61,495 bases of DNA from an uncultured Rhizobium sp. (GCA_964392845.1 CAYMRQ010000002.1:1-61495); one strand, 5' to 3'. Positions 18,260-26,478 are shown, counted from the first letter of the stretch. Translations and numbers: made by a program. Notes: a model not told the origin generated them from the sequence alone.

Positions 18260-18343
18260 TAGGATGGGCTGAACGGAGCGAAGCCCATCGCTGCGCGGCA
18301 GCCGACCGGGGTGATGGGCTTCGCTCCGTTCAGCCCATCCTAC
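18260..18343. repeat. Palindromic REP-like element, family E
   Basis: taggatgggctgaacggagcgaagcccatc ... gatgggcttcgctccgttcagcccatccta. The arms are near-perfect at about 30 bp. Confidence 0.85.
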
Positions 18344-18587
18344 GAAGCCATGCCTCGGGACAAAGAGGGAGGCGCGACACGAAACCGCGCCGCTAAATTT
18401 GCCACATTCATGTGGTAGTGTCGGTTTGTCATGGATCGGGGCGAGGGTGGCAATTCAACAAAAACGGGAATTCGACCTGATCCTGGCCTGATACATCAGG
18501 AATGCCGTTGCGCTTACTAAACTCCAGATTGCAAACGCCTAAGGCGCTCAGGCTTCCGGCGCTGACGATGTGATCGAATGATTTTTG

Positions 18588-18672
18588 TTGTCATGCCGGC
18601 GAAGGCCGGTATCCACTGATCCGCGGCACGAGCGGCCGAGGGGTGGGTCCCGGCCTCCGCCGGGACGACGAA
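18588..18672. repeat. REP-like element, family A (two hairpins)
   Basis: gtcatgccggcgaaggccggtatc ... ggtcccggcctccgccgggacgac. Confidence 0.8.
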
Positions 18673-18690
18673 TGGATTGAGGACCGAGCC

Positions 18691-19956
18691 ATGAAGCTGA
18701 TGTGGTTCCATTTGATGCCCTATACCGAGCTGCCCGACGATTTTCGGGAGAAGCATCCGTCGGTGTGGGTCGACGTTCATTCCTCGCTGTTCGACCCGCG
18801 GCGGGCGCATCACATGTACAACGACTTCATGGACGAACTCGAATTCGCCGCCGAATGCGGGTTCGACGCGGTTTGCGTCAACGAGCATCACTCGAACGGC
18901 TATGGCCTGATGCCATCGCCCAACCTGATCGCGAGCGCCCTGTCGCGCCGCACCACCGACACGGCGATCTGCGTCATGGGGAATTCGCTGGCGCTCTACA
19001 ACCCGCCGACCCGGGTCGCCGAGGAATTCGCGATGATCGACGTGATCTCGGGCGGGCGCCTCATTGCCGGGTTCCCGGTCGGCACGCCGATGGACACCTG
19101 CTTTGCCTATGGCCAGAACCCGTCGATGCTGCGCGAGCGCTATCTTGAAGCGCACGGCCTGGTCATGCGCGCCTGGCAGGAGCCGGACACCTTTGCCTTC
19201 AACGGCCGCTTCAACCAGCAGCGCTATGTCAACATCTGGCCGCGCCCCATACAGAAGCCGCACCCGCCGGTGTGGATCCCCGGCGGCGGCTCGGTCGAGA
19301 CCTGGCAGTGGTGCGCGCAGATGGACTACGTCTATGCCTATCTCTCCTATTTCGGCTACAAGGACGGACGGGCGACGATGCACGGCTTCTGGGACGAGAT
19401 GGCGCGGCTCGGCAAGGACAAGAACCCGTACCGTGCCGGCTTCCTGCAATTTGTCGGGGTCGCCGAGACACGCGAGCAGGCGATGGAATTGTATCGCGAG
19501 CCGGCCGAATATTTCTATGGCCGCTGCCTCAGGGTGGACCCGAAGTGGGCGGTGCCGCCGGGCTATATCACCGAGGCGACGCAGCGCGCCGGCATCGTCG
19601 GCCAGATCGGCCGCGCCGCCAGCCTCGACGCGAGGCAAAAGGCGCGGGCGACGACCCAGATGGAGGACATCGTCGAGCGCGGCTATGTGATCATCGGCTC
19701 GCCCGACGAAGTCGTCGAGCAGCTGACCACCGTCGCGACCGACCTCAATGTCGGCCATCTGATGATGCTCTTGCAGTTCGGTAACATGGGCAAAGACCTC
19801 GCCAAGTACAACACCAAGCTCTTCGCCGAAAAGGTCATGCCGCGGCTCAGCAATCTGTTCTCCGAGTGGGAGGACAGATGGTGGCCGGCGCCGATGCCGC
19901 GGGCCGAACGGGCCGAGCCGGCCGCGTTCACCGCGGGCGCGATCGCGGCGGAGTAG
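18691..19956 (+). CDS. LLM-class flavin-dependent oxidoreductase (long form)
   Basis: MKLMWFHLMPYTELPDDF...GFDAVCVNEHHSNGYGLMPSPNL. Start taken at ATG 18691, because the upstream part of the ORF lies in the REP element. Confidence 0.85.
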   Translation: MKLMWFHLMPYTELPDDFREKHPSVWVDVHSSLFDPRRAHHMYNDFMDELEFAAECGFDAVCVNEHHSNGYGLMPSPNLIASALSRRTTDTAICVMGNSLALYNPPTRVAEEFAMIDVISGGRLIAGFPVGTPMDTCFAYGQNPSMLRERYLEAHGLVMRAWQEPDTFAFNGRFNQQRYVNIWPRPIQKPHPPVWIPGGGSVETWQWCAQMDYVYAYLSYFGYKDGRATMHGFWDEMARLGKDKNPYRAGFLQFVGVAETREQAMELYREPAEYFYGRCLRVDPKWAVPPGYITEATQRAGIVGQIGRAASLDARQKARATTQMEDIVERGYVIIGSPDEVVEQLTTVATDLNVGHLMMLLQFGNMGKDLAKYNTKLFAEKVMPRLSNLFSEWEDRWWPAPMPRAERAEPAAFTAGAIAAE

Positions 19957-19976
19957 CCGGGGGGCTTAGGCCTCTA

Positions 19977-20092
19977 GCGTCCTTCGAGACGCGCCCCTGC
20001 GGGGCGCTCCTCAGGATGACGTAAGTTTATGAGGGAATTAGGAAAGAACGTCATCCTGAGGAGCCCGCAGAGCGGGCGTCTCGAAGGACGCA
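19977..20092. repeat. Palindromic REP/MITE-like element, family B
   Basis: agcgtccttcgagacg...ctcctcaggatgacg / cgtcatcctgaggag...cgtctcgaaggacgc. Confidence 0.85.
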
Positions 20093-20102
20093 CCGATCGG
20101 GT

Positions 20103-20774
20103 CTACCTCAGCGCGCAATGCGGCGCGGCCGGAAACTCGCGGTCCTTGCTGGGGATCAGATCGTAGGGCAGGGCAAAGCCGGGCATTGCCTTGAGCCGCC
20201 CGGCCCACGCCGCGAGGTGCGGCCATCGGGCGATCTCGAAGCCGCCCTCGGCCATGAACACCATGCGGCCCCAGCAGCCGATATCGGCGATCGTGCAGTG
20301 GTCGCCGAGGAGGAAGGGCCGGTCCTTGACCGTGTCGTCGACAAACGACAATGCCGCCTCGGCGCGCGGGCGGAACTCCGCGATCACCTCGGGGTGCGAG
20401 GCGCGGAACCGTGCCGAGTGGCGCACCTTGGCAACCGCGGTGATGTGGTCGGCCTCCCAGGACAGCCACTCGCGCGCCTGCCAGCATTGCTGCTCGGTCG
20501 CGCCTTCGAAATGTCCGGTCTCGCGCGCGAGGTAATCGAGGATCACATTCGATTGCAGGATGACGAGGCCGCGATGGCGCAGCGACGGCACGACGCCCCA
20601 GCGGTTGACCGCGAGATATTCTTGCGTTCGCTGCACCCCGGTCTTGAGATTGACCGTGCGGAACGAAAACGGCAGTCCGGCCAGGGCCAGATACAGTATC
20701 GGCTTGTAGCTCGAACTCGAGGTGAAGCTGCCGTAGAGCGTCAGCCGGTCGTCGCTGAGGGGCGAACCGATCAT
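20103..20774 (-). CDS. Glutathione S-transferase family protein
   Basis: LYGSFTSSSSYKPILYLALAGLPF...VNRWGVVPSL is a thioredoxin-like N-terminal domain. An alpha-helical C-terminal domain follows. Confidence 0.8.
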   Translation of the reverse strand: MIGSPLSDDRLTLYGSFTSSSSYKPILYLALAGLPFSFRTVNLKTGVQRTQEYLAVNRWGVVPSLRHRGLVILQSNVILDYLARETGHFEGATEQQCWQAREWLSWEADHITAVAKVRHSARFRASHPEVIAEFRPRAEAALSFVDDTVKDRPFLLGDHCTIADIGCWGRMVFMAEGGFEIARWPHLAAWAGRLKAMPGFALPYDLIPSKDREFPAAPHCALR

Positions 20775-20791
20775 CCGACAATTACCCCCGT

Positions 20792-20877
20792 GTCATTGCG
20801 AGCGCAGCGAAGCAATCTCGTGCAGATCCCGCGTGTCGGATCGAGATTGCCGCGTCGCTGCGCTCCTCGCAATGACA
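20792..20877. repeat. Palindromic REP-like element, family D (IASEAKQS type)
   Basis: gtcattgcgagcgcagcgaagcaatctcg ... cgagattgccgcgtcgctgcgctcctcgcaatgac. Confidence 0.85.
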
Positions 20878-20884
20878 ACCGGCC

Positions 20885-21949
20885 TCACTCGATGTCGTTG
20901 AGTTCGAGCTGGTCGGTCAGCCCATAGCCCTCGGCCAGGGCGCGCAGCTTGTACCAGGTCGCATCCTCGACCTCGATGCCGTTGGCGCGGCGGTCCTGCT
21001 CGCGCTGGTGCTCGATCTCGCCGGGATAGAGCACGCCCAGGCTGCCTTCGGCCGGCGGGGTTTCCTTCAGATAGCGGGCGAACTCGCCGACCTCCTTCTT
21101 GAATTCGGCGAGCGGGCGGAACGCATCGACCTTGAACACCGCCATGAAGCAGCCGTCATTGTGCCGCCCGGTCGGCTCGACCCCAAAGCCGAGCCCGGTC
21201 AACAGGCCGCACAGGATCTCGACCATGACGGCGAGCCCGGTCCCCTTGTAGCCGCCATCGGGGCCGCCCAGGGGCAACAGCGCGCCGCCCTGGCGCAGCT
21301 GGCGCGGGTCGGTGGTCGGCTTGCCGGCGGCGTCGATGACCCAGCCGGGCGGCACCGGCTCGTTGCGGGCGACGGCAACCGCGATCTTGCCGGCGGCGGC
21401 GGCCGAGGTTGCCATGTCGAGGTAGAGTGGCGCCTCGAGGTCGGAGGGGATCGCGATCGAGATCGGGTTGGTGCCGAGCCGCGCCTCGCGCCCGCCGAAC
21501 GGCGTCACCGCTTTTGGCGAGCGTCCGGAATCGGCGGTGATGAGGCCGATCATCCCGGCCCGCGCCGCCATCTGCGTATAGCTCGACAGCCGGCCGATAT
21601 GGCCCTGGCGAAACACCGTCGCGGCGGCGACGTTGCCCTTCTCCGCCTTCTCGATGGTGAGGCGCATCGCCCGCTCGTTGGCGACATAGCCAAACGCCCA
21701 GTGTCCATCGACGACCGTGTGGTTCGGCGACTCCTTGACGATGACCCAGGGCGCCCCGGGCACGATGTGGCCGACCTTGATGCGCTCGATATAGGTCGGG
21801 ATCTGGATGACCCCGTGCGAGTCGTGGCCGACGAGGTTGGCGCCGACGATGTGGCGCATGACGAGCGCGGCCTCCTCGGCGGGCGTCCCCGCGGCGACGA
21901 ACAGCGCGCGACCGATCTCTTCGAGGCGTTCGGCGGGAATTTTCGGCAT
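20885..21949 (-). CDS. Ldh_2 family (malate/L-lactate/ureidoglycolate dehydrogenase type 2) oxidoreductase
   Basis: LVGHDSHGVIQIPTYI...GHIGRL...LGTNPISIAIP...GGYKGTGLAVMVEIL. Start at MPKIPAERL (ATG 21949). The 647-aa ORF version runs through the tRNA gene. Confidence 0.85.
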   Translation of the reverse strand: MPKIPAERLEEIGRALFVAAGTPAEEAALVMRHIVGANLVGHDSHGVIQIPTYIERIKVGHIVPGAPWVIVKESPNHTVVDGHWAFGYVANERAMRLTIEKAEKGNVAAATVFRQGHIGRLSSYTQMAARAGMIGLITADSGRSPKAVTPFGGREARLGTNPISIAIPSDLEAPLYLDMATSAAAAGKIAVAVARNEPVPPGWVIDAAGKPTTDPRQLRQGGALLPLGGPDGGYKGTGLAVMVEILCGLLTGLGFGVEPTGRHNDGCFMAVFKVDAFRPLAEFKKEVGEFARYLKETPPAEGSLGVLYPGEIEHQREQDRRANGIEVEDATWYKLRALAEGYGLTDQLELNDIE

Positions 21950-22112
21950 TTTCCGATCCTCACTCTGCGGCGTTGCCGACGATACTCCGGCGCGGCCCGG
22001 CTCAGCAACGCGCGAGGATTTGTGGTCGCGGCTCAGTTTGTGTAGCAAATCGACCCCAACGGCTCTATCTCCCGGATCAAACCACAGACGAACCCAGCTG
22101 AGTCGACATGCT

Positions 22113-22202
22113 GGATGGGTGGCCGAGCGGTTGAAGGCACCGGTCTTGAAAACCGGCAGGGGTGCAAGCTCCTCGTGGGTTCGAATCCCACCCCATCCGC
22201 CA
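22113..22202 (+). tRNA. tRNA-Ser (anticodon UGA)
   Basis: A cloverleaf folds by hand. Acceptor GGATGGG/CCCATCC, D-arm GCCGAGCGGTTGAAGGC, anticodon stem CCGGT/ACCGG with loop CT-TGA-AA, a long variable arm, T-arm GTGGG-TTCGAAT-CCCAC, discriminator G and an encoded CCA. Confidence 0.93.
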
Positions 22203-22301
22203 TCTCTTGACGCGGGAGCGGATGCGCAGGCATGGTCTGGATCGCTGTGTGCCGATATGCCTCGATCGGGCGCGGCGATCGCCTTGCTAGGGAGAACAGA
22301 T

Positions 22302-22652
22302 ATGCGCAACCTGATGCTTGTTGGCGCATTTGCCCTTTTGCTTCTGTCACCATTGACCGCTTCCGCGCAACAGAGGGCGGCGCCGGCGCCGGCGCCGGCG
22401 ATTCCGTCGACCATTGAGGGGGTACCCATCGCCAAGGTGCTGGCGATCGCGATTGGCGTCCTCGCCGGGGCGGTGGCGGTGGAGGCGATTGCCGGCGGCG
22501 AAGTGGTCGCCGTGGTCGGCGGTGCTGCGGGCGGCCTGCTCGCGGCGTGGTGGTACGACCATTCGAATGGCGGTTCGGCCCGGGCGGCGATGCGCGAGCC
22601 GGCTGGGGCGCCCGCCCTCGCCCGCGCCGAGCGCCTCGCATTGGCCCGGTGA
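22302..22652 (+). CDS. Small secreted/membrane glycine-zipper protein, GGxxxxWWY family (member 1)
   Basis: Signal peptide MRNLMLVGAFALLLLSPLTASAQ. Gly/Ala zipper GVLAGAVAVEAIAGGEVVAVVGGAAGGLLAAWWYD. A GGGAGAA RBS precedes the start. Confidence 0.65.
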   Translation: MRNLMLVGAFALLLLSPLTASAQQRAAPAPAPAIPSTIEGVPIAKVLAIAIGVLAGAVAVEAIAGGEVVAVVGGAAGGLLAAWWYDHSNGGSARAAMREPAGAPALARAERLALAR

Positions 22653-22880
22653 GGCCGGGTGAGGGCTTGGCGTCGGGCGCCGACGGCCAGCGGCGCGCCG
22701 GGATCGGGGGCACCGTCGCGTAGGCCGATGCCTCCCCCGCGCCGATCGCCAGGCGGTGCCGAGCATTCTGGCGCCGGCGGTTTGCATCGATAATCCGCAA
22801 AGGGGTGATCTCGGCGCCGCCACGGCAACGCAACGGCAAGCTGATGCGGTTCGATTGACGGTCATCGGCGGAGCAACTTC

Positions 22881-23516
22881 TTGAAGTGCCTGCTCGTCCT
22901 TGTCGGCATTCTGATCGTGGCGACCGGCCCGCTCGTCGCGGCGCCCAATGATGGCTCCGACGCTCAAGCGAACGATTTCATGGCGACGCTGCGATCGTAT
23001 ACGGCCTCGATCGAGGCGGGTGTTTCGGTCGCATTGGAGAGCATGAGACCGTCGGCGGAAGGCGGTATCGGCACCATCGACGCCTTGATCGGCGATGCGT
23101 ATTACTATGGCCACGGCGTGTCGCGGGACTACACGGCGGCGGCCCGCTGGTACCGCCGCGCGGCAGAAAACTCCAATGCGATGGCGCAGAGCACGCTGGG
23201 CGATATCTATTATTACGGGCGCGGCGTCCCGCAAGATTTTGTCGAGGCCGGGCAATGGTGGCAGCTCGCGGCCGCGCAAGGGATGGCGGTGGCGCAGCTC
23301 AACCTCGGTGTCATGTACGCCAATGGCGACGGCGTCCCACAGGATTACGTCAAGGCGCACTTTTATACCAACCTCGCGGCCGCCCGCCTGCCGCCCGGCC
23401 AAGATCGCGACATCGCTGTCAAAAATCGCGAGATTGTCGGGAAGTTGATGAGCGCGGCGCAAATTGCCGAGGCGCAGCACCTGGCACGTGATTGGCGTCC
23501 GAAATCGCCGCAATAG
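22881..23516 (+). CDS. Sel1-repeat (SLR) protein with signal peptide (paralog 1)
   Basis: TTG start with a GGAG RBS. Repeats of A-x-x-x-LG-x-x-Y-x-x-G-x-GV-x-x-D (DAYYYGHGVSRDY, DIYYYGRGVPQDF, VMYANGDGVPQDY). The C-terminus is shared with the protein at 29095-29706. Confidence 0.85.
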   Translation: MKCLLVLVGILIVATGPLVAAPNDGSDAQANDFMATLRSYTASIEAGVSVALESMRPSAEGGIGTIDALIGDAYYYGHGVSRDYTAAARWYRRAAENSNAMAQSTLGDIYYYGRGVPQDFVEAGQWWQLAAAQGMAVAQLNLGVMYANGDGVPQDYVKAHFYTNLAAARLPPGQDRDIAVKNREIVGKLMSAAQIAEAQHLARDWRPKSPQ

Positions 23517-23617
23517 CCGCCGCGCCCGGGAGCGGAAGGTTCGGCGGTGATCGATCCCGAGGAGGTTAGCGATATAGCCGTCAATCTCGCCCGGCAAAGC
23601 GGCCGCGGCGCACCGGT

Positions 23618-25009
23618 TTGCCCGGTTCAATGACCACCGGCCCCGAGCGACGCGGCGTTCCGGCGGCGCGGATCGCCGCGGTGTGCGGAGCGCATCCTGC
23701 GCTGGTGTCGGTCGTGGCAGCGTTGGCCCTGGCGGCAGCGGCGGCGGGCGGCTACATCACTCATGCGACGATGTCGCAGCCGGCACCCGCCACAACGGCC
23801 GGCGCGCCGATCATCCAGCCTGGCATCGGGTCTCGCCCGGCCGAGAGCGACGCCAAGGTCCGCGATACCGTCGTCTGGCGCGACGAGGCGGGAGCCGTAT
23901 ACCGCGCCAAGGTCGGCGACGGGCGCCTCGACCAGTTTCTGCGCCAGCGCAAGGCGGTCCTTGAGACGGCCCGGACCGAGTCGCGCGAGCAGTCCGCCGC
24001 CGAAATCCTGGCGGCGCTCAAGCCCGTCTTCGCCGATATGACGGCGCGCGTGCCGGGTTATGCCGATTGGTATTTCGGTTACACAACGAAGTACGAATTG
24101 ATGGGCCACGCCGTCTTTCCGGCACTCGACTATCTGCTCCGCAGCCTCGATTTTTCCTCCCGTCCGGACAAGAGCCTGGCCCAAACGGTAGGGCCTCATG
24201 TGGTCGCGTATCTCGCGGAGCAATATGCCGAACGGGTGGTGCGGCCGCGCGAGGCGGAAATTCGGCTCCGGGCTGCGTTCGACAAATCCCATGACGCGGT
24301 GCAGGCGCATTGGCGACGCCTTGTCGACGAAGAGCGCGCGGCGATGCGGGCGTTCATCAAGGAACAGGCCGGCTCGGCCGAGCGCCTTTCGGCCGATCAG
24401 GCGGCTGGAATCGAACTTGACTGGGACGGGAGCCGTGAGCACGGTTCTGCCGTCCCGGAGGAACGCATGGTCGATCAGACCTTTCAGCGAGGATTGCTGT
24501 CGGTCACACTGAAGATCCCGAAGTCGGCCAAAGCATCGGCCCCGCCCGCCGGCGGTGAAAAAACACCGGAGGAAACCGATGAAATCACCCATGTCATCGT
24601 CGATCTTTTCAACAAGCTGATCGAGCCCGTGGTGTCGCGGATGAGCGATTTGGCGCTCGGCGTCTTCGCCGGCAGCGCCGCCGGCGGGACAGCCGCCGGG
24701 TTCGGGATGGCTCGCGGGTTCGGAATGGCTGGCGGGTTTGGCCCACCGGCCGGGTTCGCGACGGGCGTTGCGACGGGCGTCGCCACCGCGGTCCCGATCG
24801 GCGCCGCAATCGGTCTCGCGGCGACGGTTGCTGCAGAGATGTTGACCAATCGGCTGGAGGAGTCGCTGAACCGCGGCGAATTCGAGAAGGAAATAAAGCA
24901 GACCGTGGACGCTACGGAGAATGCCGTCGAAACCGGGATGATCGCGGCTCTCCACGAGCACGTCGAGGGGTGGTACGCCGACATCGTCAACCCGGTTGCG
25001 GTCAAATGA
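23618..25009 (+). CDS. Uncharacterised membrane protein, ~460-aa family (paralog 1)
   Basis: It has an N-terminal TM, then the conserved block VVWRDEAGAVYRA...RVPGYADWYFGY, and a C-terminal Gly-rich hydrophobic segment followed by an amphipathic tail. It is colinear with the protein at 27137-28525. Confidence 0.7.
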   Translation: MPGSMTTGPERRGVPAARIAAVCGAHPALVSVVAALALAAAAAGGYITHATMSQPAPATTAGAPIIQPGIGSRPAESDAKVRDTVVWRDEAGAVYRAKVGDGRLDQFLRQRKAVLETARTESREQSAAEILAALKPVFADMTARVPGYADWYFGYTTKYELMGHAVFPALDYLLRSLDFSSRPDKSLAQTVGPHVVAYLAEQYAERVVRPREAEIRLRAAFDKSHDAVQAHWRRLVDEERAAMRAFIKEQAGSAERLSADQAAGIELDWDGSREHGSAVPEERMVDQTFQRGLLSVTLKIPKSAKASAPPAGGEKTPEETDEITHVIVDLFNKLIEPVVSRMSDLALGVFAGSAAGGTAAGFGMARGFGMAGGFGPPAGFATGVATGVATAVPIGAAIGLAATVAAEMLTNRLEESLNRGEFEKEIKQTVDATENAVETGMIAALHEHVEGWYADIVNPVAVK

Positions 25010-25265
25010 AGCCCGGCAAGTGAGGCCCGGCGGCTGTCCGTCGGCCGCAACGCCAACGCCGTCGAGCCGGCAGCCGGTCGGCTGATCAGGTCGGGTGGCG
25101 GCCACCACGCGGCCACCAAAAAGCCGTTGGTAACGGGCCGGTAGATGCGCTAGCATTTTCTATAGTGCGGATAGCCGGCGTCCCCCTTTGGCCGTAGATG
25201 CAGCTGGTTGTGGCACGATGGTTTGTCGGAAAATTTTGGTGCCTTTCGCCCCATAGGGAAAGCCG

Positions 25266-25913
25266 ATGCGCAGACTCCTTTGCGTTGCCGCCGTTGCGCT
25301 GGTCGCTGTCGTCCCGGCGGCCAGTCATGCTCAAACGCCTGCGCCACCGCCGAGTTCGGGTGGTCTGACCGGTGGGCAAATCGTTGCCCTGGCGATCGTT
25401 GCCGCCGCCGCCGCTGCCGTCGCGTGGTACGCGGTGGCCGGCACGGCCGCGGTCACCGCCGGCGCGGCTGCGCCCGTGGGGCTCGGTGAACTGGGGGCTG
25501 GTGCCGGTGGTATGGCGGCTTTCGAATCGGCCGCAATGCCAGCCGCCGCTCGGGCCGCAGCGGCAGCCGAGATGGCGGCCGCCAGGGCGGCCGCTGCTGA
25601 TGCAGCGTCGGGCGCCGTCGGTGGCTCCAGTCACTTCGCCGGAATGCGCTTGGCCGGCGGAGGCGCTGGCCGGATGGCCGCCGCCGGTGAGCAGGGCGCC
25701 GCTGCCGAAGGCACTGCTCATGGTGCCGCTGTCGCCGGCGCCGCCGAGGTACCGGCAGCGGCGGCTGGCGACGCCGCCATGCCAGCCGGTGCCGGCGGCC
25801 CGCGGATGGCCGGAATGCACATGGCCGCTGACGGCGCCCCGATGGAGGCCGCACCCGGTGGCGCGGGCTTTATGGGTATGTTCGGCAGGATGCGTGGCGC
25901 CGCCATCGACTGA
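25266..25913 (+). CDS. Ala/Gly/Met-rich low-complexity secreted protein
   Basis: Signal peptide MRRLLCVAAVALVAVVPAASHAQ and a TM-like IVALAIVAAAAAAVAWYAV. The rest is about 60% Ala/Gly with a Met-rich tail (PRMAGMHMAADGAPMEAAPGGAGFMGMFGRM). All six frames are open here, so the frame choice rests on the signal peptide and an AGGGAA RBS. Confidence 0.45.
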   Translation: MRRLLCVAAVALVAVVPAASHAQTPAPPPSSGGLTGGQIVALAIVAAAAAAVAWYAVAGTAAVTAGAAAPVGLGELGAGAGGMAAFESAAMPAAARAAAAAEMAAARAAAADAASGAVGGSSHFAGMRLAGGGAGRMAAAGEQGAAAEGTAHGAAVAGAAEVPAAAAGDAAMPAGAGGPRMAGMHMAADGAPMEAAPGGAGFMGMFGRMRGAAID

Positions 25914-26079
25914 ATGGCCGCATTGGACTGAAAAGCCTGCGGTATTGAGTCGGGCGGGCTGGCATAGCGATTTCGGGCGGCTTCTGTCGACCGCCCGGGG
26001 TGAGCCGGATGCGCCACCGCCGGGGCGGTTAATTGCCGTCTGGCCGGATGACGCAGACCGCATCAGGAGGATAAGTCCG

Positions 26080-26373
26080 GTGCGAAAACTGTTGTTAGCC
26101 GCAATCATATCAATAAGCGCGATCGGACCGATGGCCGCCCATGCCGGCGAGAAGCTGACCCTCGTTCAACAGGGCGTGCCCGCGGCGATCGCAGGCCTTG
26201 ACCGCAACAAGGCGCTGGCGATCGGCGCCGGCATCGCCATTGGTGCGACCGCCGGATCGGCACTCTCGATGCGCGGGGCGATCATCGCCGGTGCCGTGGC
26301 GGGTGGCCTTCTCGGCGCCTGGTGGTACGGCGAGCGTTCGGAGTTCGCGACCCTTGAGCCACGCAAGAAATAG
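26080..26373 (+). CDS. Small glycine-zipper protein, GGxxxxWWY family (member 2)
   Basis: GTG start 8 nt after AGGAGG. Signal VRKLLLAAIISISAIGPMAAHA, then zipper AIGAGIAIGATAGS...AIIAGAVAGGLLGAWWYGE. Confidence 0.65.
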   Translation: MRKLLLAAIISISAIGPMAAHAGEKLTLVQQGVPAAIAGLDRNKALAIGAGIAIGATAGSALSMRGAIIAGAVAGGLLGAWWYGERSEFATLEPRKK

Positions 26374-26478
26374 AGCGGGTATGTCGGTCGGGGAATGTTT
26401 CCTGGCGATGGCGGCGCGGATCCGCCAGACACGAAATCGGCGGTAACCTCGGACGTGCGGCGGCGGGCGTCTCGCCGG

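Noticed and set aside
18517-19758. 413-aa minus-strand ORF
   Set aside because: It is antisense to the LLM oxidoreductase gene at 18691-19956, which has canonical motifs. Its 3' end (the C-terminal residues) is encoded by the REP element.
21950-22828. N-terminal 290-aa extension of the Ldh_2 ORF (the 647-aa version at 20885-22828) and the overlapping 268-aa ORF at 22033-22839
   Set aside because: The extension reads straight through the tRNA-Ser gene on the opposite strand and is Pro/Ala/Arg-rich. A proper start (MPKIPAERL) at 21949 gives a normal-length Ldh_2 protein.
22347-23630. 427-aa minus-strand ORF opposite the Sel1-repeat and WWY genes
   Set aside because: The Sel1 repeats on the plus strand are unmistakable. 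The antisense product is Arg-rich without motifs.
23627-25156. 509-aa minus-strand ORF opposite the 463-aa membrane protein gene
   Set aside because: It is very Arg-rich with a low-complexity product. The plus-strand frame has a TM anchor, balanced composition and a clear paralog (27137-28525) in the same orientation logic.
25086-26373. 340-aa minus-strand ORF and 333-aa plus-strand ORF (25372-26373) across the Ala-rich region
   Set aside because: Every frame is open here because of extreme GC and Ala-codon bias. Only the last 97 codons of the 333-aa frame (from the GTG at 26080, with an AGGAGG RBS and a signal peptide) look like a real gene. The rest is Pro/Arg-rich.
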